Origin: Ginkgo biloba
Lineage: Eukaryota > Plantae > Ginkgophyta
Assembly: GCA_024626585.2 (NCBI GenBank)
Contig: JANKJI020000004.1
Span: forward strand, 95,833,510-95,857,034
Reading direction: 5' to 3'
Length of the DNA: 23,525 bases
The notes under the pieces are model-generated. The model worked only from the letters and a program-made list of their open reading frames with translations. It ran no database searches and was not told the origin of the DNA. Both the position numbers and the translations under genes were made by a program. Of this stretch, positions 22,131 to 23,525 are shown one piece after another; the stretch's first letter is position 1, and each line of letters starts with the position of its first letter.

Positions 22131-23525
22131 TAATAATTAAAACAAACTAACACTTTGATAGCTAGTATGGTAAATTAATGATTGACAAGAGTTAAAGTTT
22201 TCAAACACCCTCNNNNNNNNNNNNNNNNNNNNNNNNNNNNNNNNNNNNNNNNNNTAGGTCATAATAACTTCAAAGATTAACTTAACATGTTGCTTTACAA
22301 TTATGTAGATGACATCACCAAATGACTCGCGTAAAATAATGCATTAAAACTTATTCATAGTACATTAACAACATCACCAGATGAATAAGAATGAACAATA
22401 ATATTTCATTCGATGAGATTTGAGCATTATAAATATACATTACAACATAACTAGAAATATAAGGCGAAAAACTTCTTTTTTATCAAATTAAATGTCTCCC
22501 ACTTAAGATCAATTCTCTAAAAACTTTATTTCCTAACACTGTTATATAGTAGCCATCGTTGTAATGAGATAACAAAAGAAAGAAAGGAAAGATGACATAT
22601 GAGAAAACACTGGGAGAAAACCCATGGGAGACAACACCAAGAATAATGACTCAAAGAAATCCTAGAGGAGAAGAACCAAAACTCTAAAGCCCCAAAGAAG
22701 AACAACAATCCCCCCTAGAAGAAGCCCCTTTAAATGACTAATGTCCCTCATTTTATACTTTGTCTATGATAAATCATTAGTTAACCATCTCATTATGCTT
22801 TTGACACCTACATTACATGCACACTTTAAATCCTATTGCTTTCAACTTTATCAATTATTTTAGGAACACTCCATTTTTATTAAAACATATTTGTCTGATC
22901 TATAAGTGAAGGCTCATATAACTTCTCTTAGTTTTGCATTAATCTCCTATAACTACTTTGGAACTAATGAGGAATGCAGAATGAACTCCAAGTAGGATGT
23001 TTGGACACCATTTGTTGCATGGAGACTTGATTTCTACATGATCTCTACATCCTGTGAAAAGTGCAATTCCATTGTGATAAAGATACCTATAAATTGAAAC
23101 TACCATATTGCTTCAAGCAACTTCCTATTTTGGCTCTAGTGAACCCTCCTCCTCACTAAGGTTCAAACGCAAATGAGAATTCTCCACATTAGTGACATAC
23201 CCCTAAAGTATCATGTTTAAATATCCTTAATAAATGTTAGAATGGAATTGTGACTACCACCTATACACCACATAAGGTGTAAAGCATGGCTCCTTGTTTG
23301 GACTTAGATGCATGTACAATCACTTGAATTCATGGAAAGCAAAAGGATAATCACATTGGTTGTATTTATTTAAAATTAGACCATGAATTATCCAAGATGT
23401 GTCATTATTTGATAGTAATATGTGTCAATATAATATACTTTTGGGGGGGTATTTACTTGCTTAGTGTTTTCCCTTGATACCTTATGAGTTGGAAAGCTTG
23501 AAATCTTGAAATCCAATCATCGCCC

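Noticed and set aside
22500-23525. Possible LTR and G-run (23443-23449)
   Set aside because: LTR-like composition only; termini could not be defined.

Overview
AT-rich, CpG-depleted eukaryotic intergenic DNA. It is plant sequence, probably from a large-genome gymnosperm (inferred from the style of the retroelements). Nine runs of exactly 100 N split the window into ten 1-4 kb pieces that look like separately assembled contigs/scaffolds joined together, so adjacency across those gaps cannot be trusted. Nearly everything recognisable is decayed LTR retrotransposon. This includes a Tat/Athila-type integrase with a nested solo LTR, a chromovirus (CRM-like) RT fragment, a chromodomain-PPT-3'LTR end, a copia-like LTR+PBS, Athila/Tat-type protease-RT and gag fragments, and a family of TGATG...CATCA LTRs with tRNA-iMet primer binding sites (PBS). 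No intact host gene, RNA gene or CRISPR array is supported. The most notable observations are: (1) an intronless glycine-cleavage H-protein fragment with an internal duplication, fused antisense at the RT catalytic motif; (2) a ~3.7 kb gag+protease-only (TR-GAG-like) element whose 3' LTR carries a second PBS, indicating a tandem array; (3) a 24-bp-periodic array of GAC-N3-GTC palindromes in an LTR U3; (4) an LTR with 34-bp terminal inverted repeats; (5) a duplicated PBS with an antisense copy that can form a hairpin.
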